Part shown: positions 24,926 to 37,023 of the stretch, one piece after another
Position numbering within the stretch: position 1 is the first letter of the stretch
Layout of the letters: the number at the start of each line of letters is the position of its first letter
DNA from: Octopus sinensis
Taxonomy: Eukaryota
Assembly (NCBI RefSeq): GCF_006345805.1
Contig: NC_043007.1
Span: 77,438,001 to 77,502,000 of the forward strand
Length of the DNA stretch: 64,000 nucleotides
Direction of reading: 5' to 3'
The notes under the pieces: generated by a model
Database searches by the model: none
What the model was told of the DNA's origin: nothing
The model's input: only the letters and a program-made list of their open reading frames with translations
Made by a program: the position numbers and the translations under genes

Positions 24926-25249
24926 TATATATATATATTGATATAAATGAATGCTTCATTCACTTATTATATGAGTAACGCTTTTCTGTTTTGCTTTGCA
25001 TAATCTACATTGGGAATCTGCTTGGTTTTCCTCTATCTTGACTTTTATCCAATTAGTCCTTAATGCTTGATATTGTGCAGTTACTAACAAACTTTCTCTC
25101 TCGCTCTTCAGATTTCCTTTCTGCTACCGTAACCATGTCTCACTACTACTGTTCGTTGCAAATGTCTTTGGGAATCTAAGCATACAACGCCTTCTCCTGA
25201 CAGTCAAATAATTTATATTCTTTTCTCTGGTTTTTGAGTTTGTTTGGGT

Positions 25250-25354
<105 letters not shown>

Positions 25355-25599
25355 CATGGCCGCCATACAGTGAAGTCACGGAAATTTGGTGCTCCGTAAG
25401 TTGAAAAAGTATTTGTAATATTTTCAGCTTTCTAAGGCTTTTCTAAGGCATTTTTATTGTTACCATTACATTTCTGAGATTGTCTGGACTGCGCAGATTG
25501 TACTTTTGTGTAGAGAAATCATGTTTTGCAGGGGTTGAGCTTAAATAATTGTTAAATTTTAACTGCTTTCGGCAAAAACAGATATTTTGCAATTTTCTG

Positions 25600-26870
25600 T
25601 AATTATTTAAAGATGGTTGATAAAAAAGCCATCATAATGTTCGATAAAGGAACGCGCTCCTTGTCGAGAAATATCAACATTGAATCGCCTAAACTTAATG
25701 ACGTCACCAAGGGCAAAAGTGTTTCATCTGTCAGCAGCGACAAAACATACGGTGTCGACAACGAGAACAACAACAGCAACACCATCAAAAACAACAACAA
25801 CAACAACGGTAACAACAATTCGAATGAAATGAAACATAGATATCGCCCCTGCGTTTTTTACGTCGGCGGCGAGAATTCAAATTGGCAAGAAAAATTGTAG
25901 AAAAAGAGGGGAGAAAGGTAGCTCTAACCCTCCATCTGATCTGATAGAAAACATCGCAAGATGCACAGTAACATACCGTTGCATCGGAGTAAAGTCTCGG
26001 CGGGTCGAAAATGCTCCCGAGAGCGAAGTACAAAAGTGCTTTGGGCGCGTGTGGGAACAGAAGGCCCCCATCACCCGAGGAGAGAAGTTTGGAACCATTG
26101 AGGTGAAATTTTGGACGGAAGAAGAAGCTAGATGTAATTCCACAATCGCTTTGAGGAATGACAACTTTTTCTTAATGCCTAGCTATCGCGGCCAACGTCT
26201 TGCCAAGATTAGGGTGCTGAAGGTGCCATCAGAAATATCCATTACCGGGTTAGTGGCGGCCATCTTGGCAAGTTTAGAAAAAAATGAAACCACAAAATTG
26301 GAGTTCAAGAAACTGCCTAAGTAAAACTGGTTAGGCATAGGTATGGAACTGACCTTGCAATGCAAGCAGGACCATATCGACCAGCTGCCCGATCTAATCG
26401 ATCTGCCGGATGGTACTCACCTGGTGGGTAGAAAGCCAAGATGTCACAAATGTGGATCTACCAACGTTACAAATACCACAAGTGCAATATCATAACCAAG
26501 TGCTCTAGACTCCTACACCTGCTCCCACACCCTCGCTCACACCCACTCCCAAACCAAGACAAAGCAACTTTCCCCTGAATGCTCTTCCTCTCAAACCAAT
26601 ATCAACTGCAATGACATGGAGAAAGAAGAGCTGAACGATCAATGGTTCACAGCAACGAAAAGAGGGTAGGCGGAAGAAGAGGAGAGTACATAGCCCTACT
26701 CCAAGAAATCCATAACTGTAATACAATTCACAGCCACTCCAGCAAAAACAGCAAGAACGAAATCAACAACTTCGAAATCACCAACATCATCAACAGCATG
26801 AAATTAAAGAAACCGAGAAACAACCGATTACAGAACTTCAAAAATATTCATCAGACTCTAGACGAAATGT
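25600..26870 (+). mobile_element. Tx1/L1-like ORF1 relic (RRM-like region plus zinc knuckle plus Thr/Pro-rich tail)
   Basis: RGEKFGTIEVKF...FFLMPSYRGQRLAKIRVLKVP; GRKPRCHKCGS; stops and frameshifts. Confidence 0.6.
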
Positions 26871-26874
26871 ATCA

Positions 26875-27077
26875 ATCAGGAACAGTTCTCGCTTTAAGGT
26901 GCCACATCTTTTGTATTTCAATTTCCAGGTCCTTATAGTTACTTAGTTTGTCAAATTCCTTTACAGGTATATGTTTATTAGTGGGGACACTTAATTTACA
27001 TCTGCTAGTCTACAAGTATTTTCTTCCTTGTCTTTTATAATTATACCTGCTCAGTTAGCCTGGATCGTTCTGTCAGC

Positions 27078-27080
<3 letters not shown>
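26875..27080 (-). mobile_element. R4/Dong-like endonuclease-region fragment abutting (TAA)n
   Basis: ADRTIQAN...IIIKDKEENTC...KEFDKLSNYKDLEIEIQKMWHLKARTVP. Confidence 0.75.
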
Positions 27081-27151
<71 letters not shown>

Positions 27152-27155
27152 CATT

Positions 27156-27202
<47 letters not shown>

Positions 27203-27229
27203 TATTATTATTATTATTATTATTATCAT

Positions 27230-27570
27230 TGAGTGAGATAGCAGTGCATGCCATCAAAGTGACACTGGGGTGAAATATACGAAGCTTAGTATACCCGTCA
27301 TCACTACCCGTCTGATAAGAGTACACCAAGCACAGGTATCACAACCATATGTGCATGATATGGTGATCTCATATAAAGATAAATAGCGCATGACCTTGCT
27401 GGTGGGGCCCAGTTAGAATTTTCTCCAGGCCGAGTAACCCATCCTGCTCAAAAGGTCCCTGAATGAAGGTTGTTTAAGGATGTTGAACAAAACACCCCTG
27501 TTTCCAAAGGGGAATTATCCAAACCTCAAAGAATTCCTTTCAACACATAGCTATGATGCTCCCCCACTTT
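27230..27570 (-). mobile_element. Family T element, 3' part
   Basis: Homology to 21487-21830. Confidence 0.8.
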
Positions 27571-27879
27571 TGTCATACTTTCTAAGCCGTCAGGTTTTCA
27601 GTTGTATTCGTTGTTTCAATAGTTCCTTGGTTGCAGGGAGGTTTATAATGGCTGCTGTGATTTCTTTCTTATGTTATTGAATAAGAAGGGTAGCATCATT
27701 ATCTTCATTTTCTGAGACCTAATTGTGATCATCCTGGTTTTTTTTTTAATCTCATTTCCTTGCTGATATATTTCTTCTTCAGACATGTTATACACCTAGT
27801 ACAGGTACTCATGGATTGTTTGTTTCGTTTCGTAAGACTTTTTCATGCACTATGTATGTATATCTATGTGTATGCATAT

Positions 27880-28110
27880 GTCTGTGCCATTGCGTTTGTG
27901 TTTGTATTCTGCCCCCACCTCTTGACTACAGGTCTTAGCTTCTCTACGTTCCCGTAACTTGGTGCGGCTCAGCAAAAGTAACGATAGAATAAGTGCAAAA
28001 CTTTTAACCAAAGTAAGCAAAGAATGTAATTTGTCCGACTAAACCCTTCAAGGCTGTTCACCATCATGGCTGTAGTACAATGATTGAAACAAGTAAAAGG
28101 TAAAACGAAA
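27880..28110 (+). mobile_element. Old degenerate F2 SINE 3' half
   Basis: cccgtaacttggtgcggctcagcaaaag...catggctgtagtacaatgattgaaacaagtaaaag. Confidence 0.55.
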
Positions 28111-28219
28111 TCTAAGTTCAGTTTCTTTTAGTACTATTTACTCTGTTATATGTATAAGTCCTAGAGTTTGATTATAAATTTGTCTATACCACAGTAATCA
28201 TGGAGCTTACGGATAATAT

Positions 28220-28247
28220 TTCTTATTCTTATATTTTCTTATTCAGA
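28220..28247 (+). promoter_or_regulatory. Candidate 3' splice acceptor of a 5'-UTR intron of the GPCR
   Basis: T-rich tract tttcttattcttatattttcttattCAG ends 36 nt before the ATG. Confidence 0.4.
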
Positions 28248-28283
28248 TTGAACTGAGAAAACGCAGCCCAAAATCGGGAAAGG

Positions 28284-29513
28284 ATGTCGTCGTTTATGTA
28301 TTCAGTGCAGAATGTAACAACAAACAGTACGGAATATAGTGTCACCATCGAAGAACTCAACTGGCAACAAGTTTTGATAAGACTTCCGTTTACTATTCTT
28401 ATTGCATTAACAATGACCATTGGTTTCGTTGGAAACATTTTAACTATTTACGTTTATGGATTTCGTTTGAAATTATCACCAACTTATTTCTTTGTTGTGA
28501 TGCTGGCTTGTACTGATTTGATAATATGTGCCTGTGTGACACCAGCTCGTATTGTCCAAAATATTTACCCTTTGATGTCAACCTGGGATATATTGTGCAA
28601 GTTCCATTTGAGCTTATCAGTATTCACAGGACTTTGTAACTATGGTTTTCTACTGGCCATTGCAACGGATAGATACAGAAAAGTATGCCAACCACTGAAG
28701 TATCAGATAACAATGAAAGCTGCTAAAATCATCACAGCCTGTATTTTTATTTTCTGTGCAACACAGGGAAGTATTGCTCTTCTTTACTATGGAAGTATCA
28801 AGAAACCGACTATTTATCCTGGTATGAATAGCTATTCCTGCTCAGCAAAAAACTACAAGAAGCCTAACTATTATCAACTTGGATTCTTTGCTCTCTACTT
28901 TCTGCTAGCAGTGTTTACGTTTGTTATTCTTGTTGTTCTCTACGGCATAATTCTTCGACGTATGAAAGTAATGAATAAAAGAAAAATTGCCATATCCCAA
29001 CAAAACAGGAATAGCATCGCAAGCTTACCCTGTTCTGATAAGGGTCAACAAAAGTGGCTTGATGTACCAGAAACGGTTGATTCTAATCGATTATCCACGA
29101 GCGTTTCTCTAGACGTAGTTGAATTGTCTGTTACCGAAATATCATCTAAAGTTTCCTCGGATGAGATATCAACGGTATATACGAAAAACATTGCACCTCG
29201 TATGACTAAATTACGGGAAGCGGACAGCGAAAGACGAGCAAAAGAACAAGCCAAGAGGACAAAACGTACCACTATAACAATGATGATGATTACTGTCGTC
29301 TTCATAATGACCTATTTGCCTTGCACCGCTACATTGATAGTAAACGCAGTTGTGAAATCCCTAAGCTCGGCTCCGAAAGCAGCATTGTTTTTCTACTGGT
29401 TTGCACGACATAGTTTTTACATCAGTTCTTGCTCAAATCCCATTATTTACAGCTGCAGGAACAAAAATTTTATAGACGAAATTAAAAAGATATTTGGAAT
29501 AAAACGGAAATAA
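28284..29513 (+). CDS. Class A (rhodopsin-like) G-protein-coupled receptor, 409 aa, single coding exon, ligand unknown
   Basis: Long clean ORF amid decayed repeats; seven hydrophobic segments; N-glycosylation sequons NVT/NST; GN (TM1), LACTD (TM2), Cys in LCKF, DRY (TM3), ECL2 Cys, TYLP (TM6), NPIIY (TM7), helix 8. Confidence 0.95.
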   Translation: MSSFMYSVQNVTTNSTEYSVTIEELNWQQVLIRLPFTILIALTMTIGFVGNILTIYVYGFRLKLSPTYFFVVMLACTDLIICACVTPARIVQNIYPLMSTWDILCKFHLSLSVFTGLCNYGFLLAIATDRYRKVCQPLKYQITMKAAKIITACIFIFCATQGSIALLYYGSIKKPTIYPGMNSYSCSAKNYKKPNYYQLGFFALYFLLAVFTFVILVVLYGIILRRMKVMNKRKIAISQQNRNSIASLPCSDKGQQKWLDVPETVDSNRLSTSVSLDVVELSVTEISSKVSSDEISTVYTKNIAPRMTKLREADSERRAKEQAKRTKRTTITMMMITVVFIMTYLPCTATLIVNAVVKSLSSAPKAALFFYWFARHSFYISSCSNPIIYSCRNKNFIDEIKKIFGIKRK

Positions 29514-29569
29514 ATTGAAACAAACTATCTAATGGATGCAAAAACTCTAACAAAAAATTCTAAGAGATA

Positions 29570-29688
29570 CACAGCTGCTGCTGCTTCTTCTTCTTCTTCT
29601 TTCTTCTTCTTCTTCTTCTTCTTCTTTCTTCTTCTTCTTCTTCTTCTTCTTCTTCTTCTTCTTCTTTGTTTCTCTCTCTCTCTCGCTC

Positions 29689-29754
<66 letters not shown>

Positions 29755-29760
29755 AGAGAG
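29570..29760. repeat. (CTG)/(CTT)n, (CT)n, (TA)n microsatellites just 3' of the GPCR stop
   Basis: Directly visible; AATAAA at ~29858. Confidence 0.9.
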
Positions 29761-30192
29761 ATAGTGTATGTATGCATACACGCATGCTATCTACATACAT
29801 ATATAAATGCAGGAGAGTATTGTAGTTCGCTTGAAGCATTGCGTATTGTTTGTAAAGAATAAAAAGCTTTGAATGGTACACCAATGCACTATAATACAAA
29901 TATAATACATTCATATATATAGACATGTACTCGGACGCATATATACATACATATACACAGACATGCAGATTATTTGTATATATATGCTTGTGTGTGTGTG
30001 TGTGTAAAGGCTCAAAGGCTGAAACTTCGAAATTACTGTCAACCTTTCTTGTAAAAACTTATAAAAAATATTTTTTATCTATTTCTTCAACGTTTATTTT
30101 ATATCTTTATAAATTTTGGCTTTCTTGAAGACAACGAAGATTCCCAAGAATGTTTGCCCCATTTTTATGTATCAATATTTGCATAAAACTAA

Positions 30193-30806
30193 GGCGGCGA
30201 GCTGCCAGAAACGTTAGCACGCCGGGCGAAATGCTTAGCAGTATTTCGTCTGCCACTACGTTCTGAGTTCAAATTCCGCCAAGGTCGACTTTGCCTTTCA
30301 TCCTCTCAGGATCGATAAATTAAGTACCAGTTACGCACTGGGGACGATATAATCGACTTAATCCGTCTGTCTGTCCTTGTTTGTCTCCTCTGTGTTTAGC
30401 CCCGTGTGGGCAGTAAAGAAATACGTATTTCGTCTGTGTTTACGTTCTGAGTTCAAATTCCGCCAAGGTCGACTTTGCCTTTCATCCTTTCGGGGATGAT
30501 AAATTAAGTACCAGTTACGCACTGGGGACGATATAATCGACTTAATCCGTCTGTCTGTCCTTGTTTGTCTCCTCTGTGTTTAGCCCCGTGTGGGCAGTAA
30601 AGAAATACGTATTTCGTCTGTGTTTACGTTCTGAGTTCAAATTCCGCCAAGGTCGACTTTGCCTTTCATCCTTTCGGGGATGATAAATTAAGTACCATTT
30701 GCGTTCTGGATCGATAAATTAAGTACCAGTTGCGTACTGGGGTCGATCTAATTGACTACCCCCCTCCCCCAAAATTTGGGTCCTTGTGCTCAGAGTAGAA
30801 AAGAAC
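30193..30806 (+). mobile_element. F1 SINE trimeric array
   Basis: B-boxes at 30265, 30449, 30633; modules 2 and 3 nearly identical. Confidence 0.85.
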
Positions 30807-31489
30807 ATTTACATAAAACTGAATTATTTCTTTTTTATACCCCTTTTATAATCAAAGAATATTCATAAATAAATTTTATATAATTTTCCATTGATAATCA
30901 GTTGGTCACAAAATAAATCATATCTTCTTCTGTCATTTACGTATATAATATATTCTAATGCTCAAAAAACTATGGCGAGAAAGTCAACACCAATTTAATC
31001 AGTATATAAAAAAAGAAAACAAACGCCAAATATATTCAATTCTTGATAATGATGTTGTGAAGGTCCGGAAACTTCGGATGTGGATTTACGTACTCTACTC
31101 TTCCAAACCAGCAGTGGAGAGCTAATAAATATGAAAAGTATAAAATAAAAAAGATAAAGCTTCGATATAATCGAGTATTTAATAAAACACGCATAAAAGA
31201 AAGGCCGTTTCGTAATAACATAGTGGTATGGATATAAAGCCGAGAGAAACTAAACATCATCTAGCAGAGCTTTGGACTCTACTCACCTCAAGCCATGCTT
31301 GTATGCAGCTATCGTTGGATCATGTAAATGCAATAATATGTAATGATATATGTAACTTTCAGCATCTACCAGCTAATACTGATGAGCTGAAACAATTGTA
31401 GGGATTTGTAATAAAATCGTTCCTTTATTCCAGCTTCTCGTATTAAAATTCTTTATTATACACACGTGCGCGCGCACACACTCAGACAT

Positions 31490-31564
<75 letters not shown>

Positions 31565-32118
31565 CTAGACTGCTCGTGACCCGTTGGTTCGGGTCACCGG
31601 GAAACTCTGAGTTCCCAGCAACTGTGTTTCGTGGGTTTTTTTCTTTCTTTTCCAGGTTATTTCGCATGCTTTCAAAGAATATTACTTCGAAACCACGCGT
31701 AAACGGCTCCTTTCCCCATAAAAGGAAATATTTGGCTACTATTTCTTGCACGCCCTGCTACCATGTAACAAGTATTTCGGGTCCTTTATCGCAAATAGCT
31801 GTTATGTGGTAGCAGGGTTTGCTAGAAATAGCAGTCAAATCTATGGAAAAAAAACTGTTTCACACCGAGGTTACGAACGCGTCTTTTACGAAATATTTGC
31901 CATATTTTTAAAGTCATTTTCACTTTAAGATAGTTTTTCAAATATAGCAAAAATAATTTTTGTAATGGTATTTACTTGAAAATAATTTAGAAAAACATTA
32001 AAATATTATCTGTTAAAATATAAATACTTACTGTACAAACAATTTAAATTTTTTAAATCACCTTCACTTAAAGATATTTCTAAATGATTAAACTATTGTA
32101 TCTAAGAAACTACAGAGA
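31565..32118 (-). mobile_element. Non-autonomous Helitron-like element
   Basis: Minus strand starts TC after A and ends CTAG before T, with the subterminal hairpin GTGACCCG-ttggtt-CGGGTCAC. Confidence 0.55.
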
Positions 32119-32149
32119 TGTAGCAAATGACTTAATCCGTGATCGTGTG

Positions 32150-34130
32150 CTGAAGCAAAAACTATTGCAGCGTGGAAGATGCTTGTAATTCGTTGTGTGC
32201 GGCCTTTCAGCAGCGCTTTGCTCAACTGTTCGGATCGAGTGGTGGTGGGATGCATAATGAGAGTGACTTCAGTGTCTACCTGGACGGCCTGCCACGACTC
32301 TCGGCCAGCGAGGCGGAGTGCTGCGAAAGACCGATAACAGCCTGGGAAGTACATGAAGCAATGAAAAGTTGCACAAAAAAGCAGATCACCGGGTTTGGAT
32401 GGTCTGCCCTACGAGCTTTATAGTTCAATGCAAGACTTGTTTGCGGGCTTCTTAGCAGACGTCAACCTCAACTGGCAACAAAATGAGAGAATCCCCACTT
32501 TTGTGTGTCGAATGGTGGTGGTACAGCTGGGAAAAGACTCAAACAAAAAGGACGTTATAAGAGAATTTAAGGCCCATCATTCCGCTCAATGTAGAGTTGA
32601 AGATTTTGGCCAAAGCTTTAGCCAAGAGTTTGGCGCTTGTCGTGGACAAGCTGATTGGCAAGGCGCAAACATGCATTGTCCCAACCGAGACTATTCACGA
32701 CAACCTCCACTTCATGCGCTTCATCATAGAGAAGGTGGGTAACGAAGCTGGCATGGGTAGGGCTTTGATCAATTTATATCATAGGGTCGACCATCAATAC
32801 TTGGCAGCTGTTCTCAGGGCAGCCTGTGTCGGTCCGGTTTTCTGTGGTTGAATGCTGCTTTGTACAGCGGCACCTGCTCGGTTGTTCGGGTGAATGGTCT
32901 CCTTTCAGAACCATTCAGCATTTTGCGCTCAGTCCGTCAAGGGTGCCCTCTCTCTTCCCTTCTGTATGTACTGACTCTTCAGCCATTGCTGCAGAAGTTG
33001 GGGACTTTGAGCTAGAGTGTGGGAGAAGCATGTCTGCTTACGCCGATGATGTCACCGTGATACTGTCGAGTCAGAGATATGTAGACCTGATTGGCGACAC
33101 ATTAAAAGAATATGAAACTGTGAGAGGAGCAAAAATTAAGGCGGAAAAGTCAGTGGGCTTGCAACTCGGCACCTGGAGAAGCAAGTCCATGCCGTCCAAC
33201 AGCGTCGTCGGGTGCTGGACAGACGGTCCGGTTAAATTGCTTGGGGTCTGGCTCGGTTCGGACCTCCAGGTGGAGAAAAACTGAGACGAGGTGACGAGAA
33301 AGGTGGCCAATCTGACCCACAAATGGGCCGAGAGGAAGCTGTCCCTGAAACGTCGAGCCGAGGTAGCGAATGCGTACATCTCATCCACTATCTATTACCG
33401 CTTGACCGTCGTCCTTTGCCCCACTACTAGTTGACCAAGCTGGTGCACTAACTCTTCCGCTTTCTGTGAAAGGGGCACGTTCCACTGGTCAAGCGTTCCA
33501 TATGCTGTCAACGGCCGCTGGATGGAGGGCTGGGCATGCCGTGGTTACTGATACGCAGACATACGCTCAGGCTTCGGCGTCTCCAGTGTTTCCTGGACGG
33601 TGAGCAGGTGTGATCGCCGTTTGTCAGAGTTCCACAGCTCGTCTCTTTGACTAAGCTGCAATCCTGGATTAAACGTAGACCGAGGAAGGGCACTTTGACC
33701 CCCACCAGGCGGCAATGCGATCGGTACTAGTTTCACTCTAGCGTTCTATAGAGGCTTAGTGGAGGAAAAGTGCGACAACGTTCTCGGAGAAACTCTAGGC
33801 GTCGACGAGGATCAACTTACTAGTCCGTTTCGAAGAAATTTCGGGCCAGGGCCTATGGATAAATCTGCCCGTTCGGGAAAAACTTTACAGGCACGAAAGT
33901 GCTGTCAGCTGGGCCTGCCCGAGGTGTTCTCAGAGCGACGAAACCGTTCTGCACACACTCGTCCAGTGCCCTAGCATTTCTGACATGTGGGTTTATATCG
34001 AATAGCTGCTGTCGCGTGTAGGACATAATGAAGATTGCCTCGCCGGCTTCCTTTAACCGTGAGCAGAAGGCAATTTTCGTTCGTCTCTAAAGCCCTTTGT
34101 ATCGTCCTGTCGGGTCCTTTAATGTATCTT
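32150..34130 (+). mobile_element. Tx1/L1-like ORF2 (RT and C-terminal region), decayed
   Basis: DGLPYELY, KILAKALA..L..VV, IHDNL, YHRVDHQYL, SVRQGCPLS.LLY, AYADDVTV, KSVGL.LG, VKLLGVW. Confidence 0.85.
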
Positions 34131-34550
34131 TATATTAACCCTTGTGGCCCATAAAAGAAATTATTATTATTATTATCACTATTATTATTATTATTATTAT
34201 TTTTTTTTTTTTTTTGTGTGTCTGGAGTAAGAGGACGCTTGTTCGTGGATCGTAAGTTTTCTTGAAAATTTGCTTTTTATTAGCCGGTATTCCATATTTT
34301 GTTGAGCATCTAACTAAATAACTCAACTAGCTGCAAGAGTGACGAGCTGGTCAGACGCGAATTCACACCTTAAATGGGAAAATTTTGAGATTTAAAATTG
34401 AAACTTTCATAACTTAAAACAAAAAAATGTTCAAATGGCTTCCTAAATCGAGGGAAGCGTTGACTGTTGGAACAGCCACTATGACGTTATTTTCCCACCA
34501 CTAGTTGATGTGGTCGAAAACGAAGCGCAGACAGCAGCAGCAACAACAGT

Positions 34551-34925
34551 GGCGGCGCAATGGCCCAATGGTTAGGGCAGTGGACTCACGGGCGGAGGAT
34601 CGCGGTTTCGATTCCCAGACCAGACGTTGTGTGTTTATTGAGCGAAAACACCTAAAGCTCCACGAGGCTCCGGCAGTGCGAGGGGGGGGGGCGACCCCTG
34701 TTGTACTCTTTCGCCCCAACTTTCTCTCACTCTTTCTTCCTGTTTCTTGTCCCCGACTTCCTACGCAACCGCTGAGCCTGGATGCGCATTCATCCATCTG
34801 TCGATGCTCTCGGTGTCGGGGGTTGGCCTGCTTTCTCTTCTGCGGATCTTACGAATAGCAAAGGACCACGTTTCGGACTTCTCCCAAGAGAACGAAGACT
34901 GCTTCGCTCAACAAACAAACAAGCA
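34551..34925 (+). mobile_element. tRNA SINE: head 2 plus a third tail type (C) ending in (CAAA)/(CAA) repeats
   Basis: Head matches 57002/44604 up to cttcctgtttcttg, then unrelated ~180-nt tail. Confidence 0.7.
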
Positions 34926-35069
34926 GCAACAACAAATACAGCAACAGCCATGACAGCAACAACAACAACAATAGAACCAACAGCAGCAACAACGAGCAAG
35001 ATATATTTTTGAATGACGCAGGCGCAACCACCACCACCACCACTACTATCGCCACCATCAAAACAAATA

Positions 35070-35292
35070 CAATAATCCTTCACCATATCGCGGTTCACTT
35101 ATCGCGGTTTGCTATTTAAGCTTACGTCGATTTCTCCATGGTGTTGTTTTGTATTTATAATAAAATAAATATATACAAATTATACAAATAATGCAAATAA
35201 ATATACAATACAGTACTGTTTATACTTCAAGGATTTTCCCCCATCGCGGGGAGGTTTGGAACGTAAAACCCGCGAAAGTCGAGGGATTACAG
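35070..35292. mobile_element. pogo/Tigger-like MITE
   Basis: TA-flanked imperfect TIRs caataatccttcacc..atcgcgg / cccgcgaaagtcgagggattacag. Confidence 0.55.
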
Positions 35293-35998
35293 TATTAATA
35301 AAACGACAACAGTGGCCGTTCTTTTTTTCTATATAGAATGAGAACAATTTTGCCTGTCGGAAAATTGAAGAAGTTGAGTTAACTGAAAAAATATTGAGTG
35401 ACGTTAAGCCGTACTTAACGAAGAATAGCAGAACAGTCTTCCGTAACACAGAGGACGAAGTACAAGAAAACGCTAAGAAAAAAAAACATTATATATAAAT
35501 ATATTTCGATTATGGTAAAGAGACTGGAGATAGCGACGCAGGCCCAGATCGAAAAGTGCCTGAGACTGGTCTGAGTGTAAAATCATTTGGCAAAGAAAAT
35601 GCAACGACAGCCTTTAAACCATGCTTTTTTACTTCAAATTTTCAAAAACTTAAAAAAACACTTTTTCCCCTTTAGCAGCACCAAGCAAATTCCTGGTACT
35701 ATGTGTAACTGGTGTCGCTAAAGTGAAACCCTCAAAACAAAAACAGATGAATAGTGACAGACGATTAAAAGAAGAAAAGTGCAATGAATAAAAGCGAAAA
35801 GCTGAATGTGTGTGTATGTGTGTGTAGTGGTCAGAATTTTGGATGAAGCTGGCTTTTGGGAGTGGCTGATAGGTATATGTTTGTGTATGTGTGTGTGTAT
35901 GTATGAGTATGTCTGTATGTATATGATTGCGTGTGTTACCGTTTTGAATTGCTTTCTGTTATTGAACTTAAATTGATCCCTGGTTATTAAAGGCCCGA

Positions 35999-36046
<48 letters not shown>

Positions 36047-36505
36047 TTGTTTTAAGTTTTGTATTCATTTGAACTGCGGTCATGCATCAGATAACGTGGT
36101 AAGTCTTATGTTCCGAAATTTAAATGTTGAATTTGTTTTAATTATAAAATTACACCTCAACTATAAACACATCTTTTGGCTTTGGAAAACAGAACCTTTT
36201 CTTTGTCTTTCTATATTTTTTTGTTAGAATTTCTCTGTTTTGGCCAGCATTTTTCCAATTTCTTTTTTCTTGTATCAAGCAATGGATGGAAGCATTAAAA
36301 AAATTAAATTCATAGAACCGGACAAAATCAAATTAATTTTAATCGAAATGATGGAAAGAAGTAAACATTTTCCTCCTTTCCTTAATACCAACAAGGGCAT
36401 AGTATGAGGGAGATCTGGCTGTTATTTCTAGCAAATGAAACAACTTTGGTTCATTTGTTGATGTGTATAAGTAAACAAAAGTAAAGAAAAAACAAACACT
36501 AGCAA

Positions 36506-36536
<31 letters not shown>

Positions 36537-37023
36537 ATCAGCCGAAATTACTACGATGATCCGGTTCTTGACTGAAGACTGAGGGGTTCGAATGTCCTGT
36601 CCATGTTTATTGTATCGTCTTCTATGAGTTATACGTTCTTGTCCATGTTGTATTTTTCTACATACCTTAATATATATATATATATATATATATATGAATG
36701 TATGTATACATAATTTATAGCTTAGCCCAGTCTTCAGTTCTTGTCAAAGTTTTCAAATATATTATATGAATGTATGTATACATATTTATGTGGGATCTCG
36801 TCCGTTTCACTTACAAAATCTGGATTCTTTAAAGGAAGTAAAAATTTTGAAAATTGATCTTTCATGTGTTATATAGTATTCGAGTTGGATGTTAAAGTAT
36901 AAATTTTACAGATTACAACCTTAAAGTTGACGCCACTTCAACACAGATAATTTCTGTTTCATTATTGGCTAAAAATAGGCAGTTTTTTTTTCATTTCAAT
37001 TTTTAAACGTCTCTCTCTCTCTC

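Noticed and set aside
34860-34915. GAAACGT on the minus strand as a hammerhead
   Set aside because: No CUGANGA, and the cleavage position is G.
35340-35620. Coding-looking charged peptide fragments
   Set aside because: Short, interrupted, no recognisable motif.
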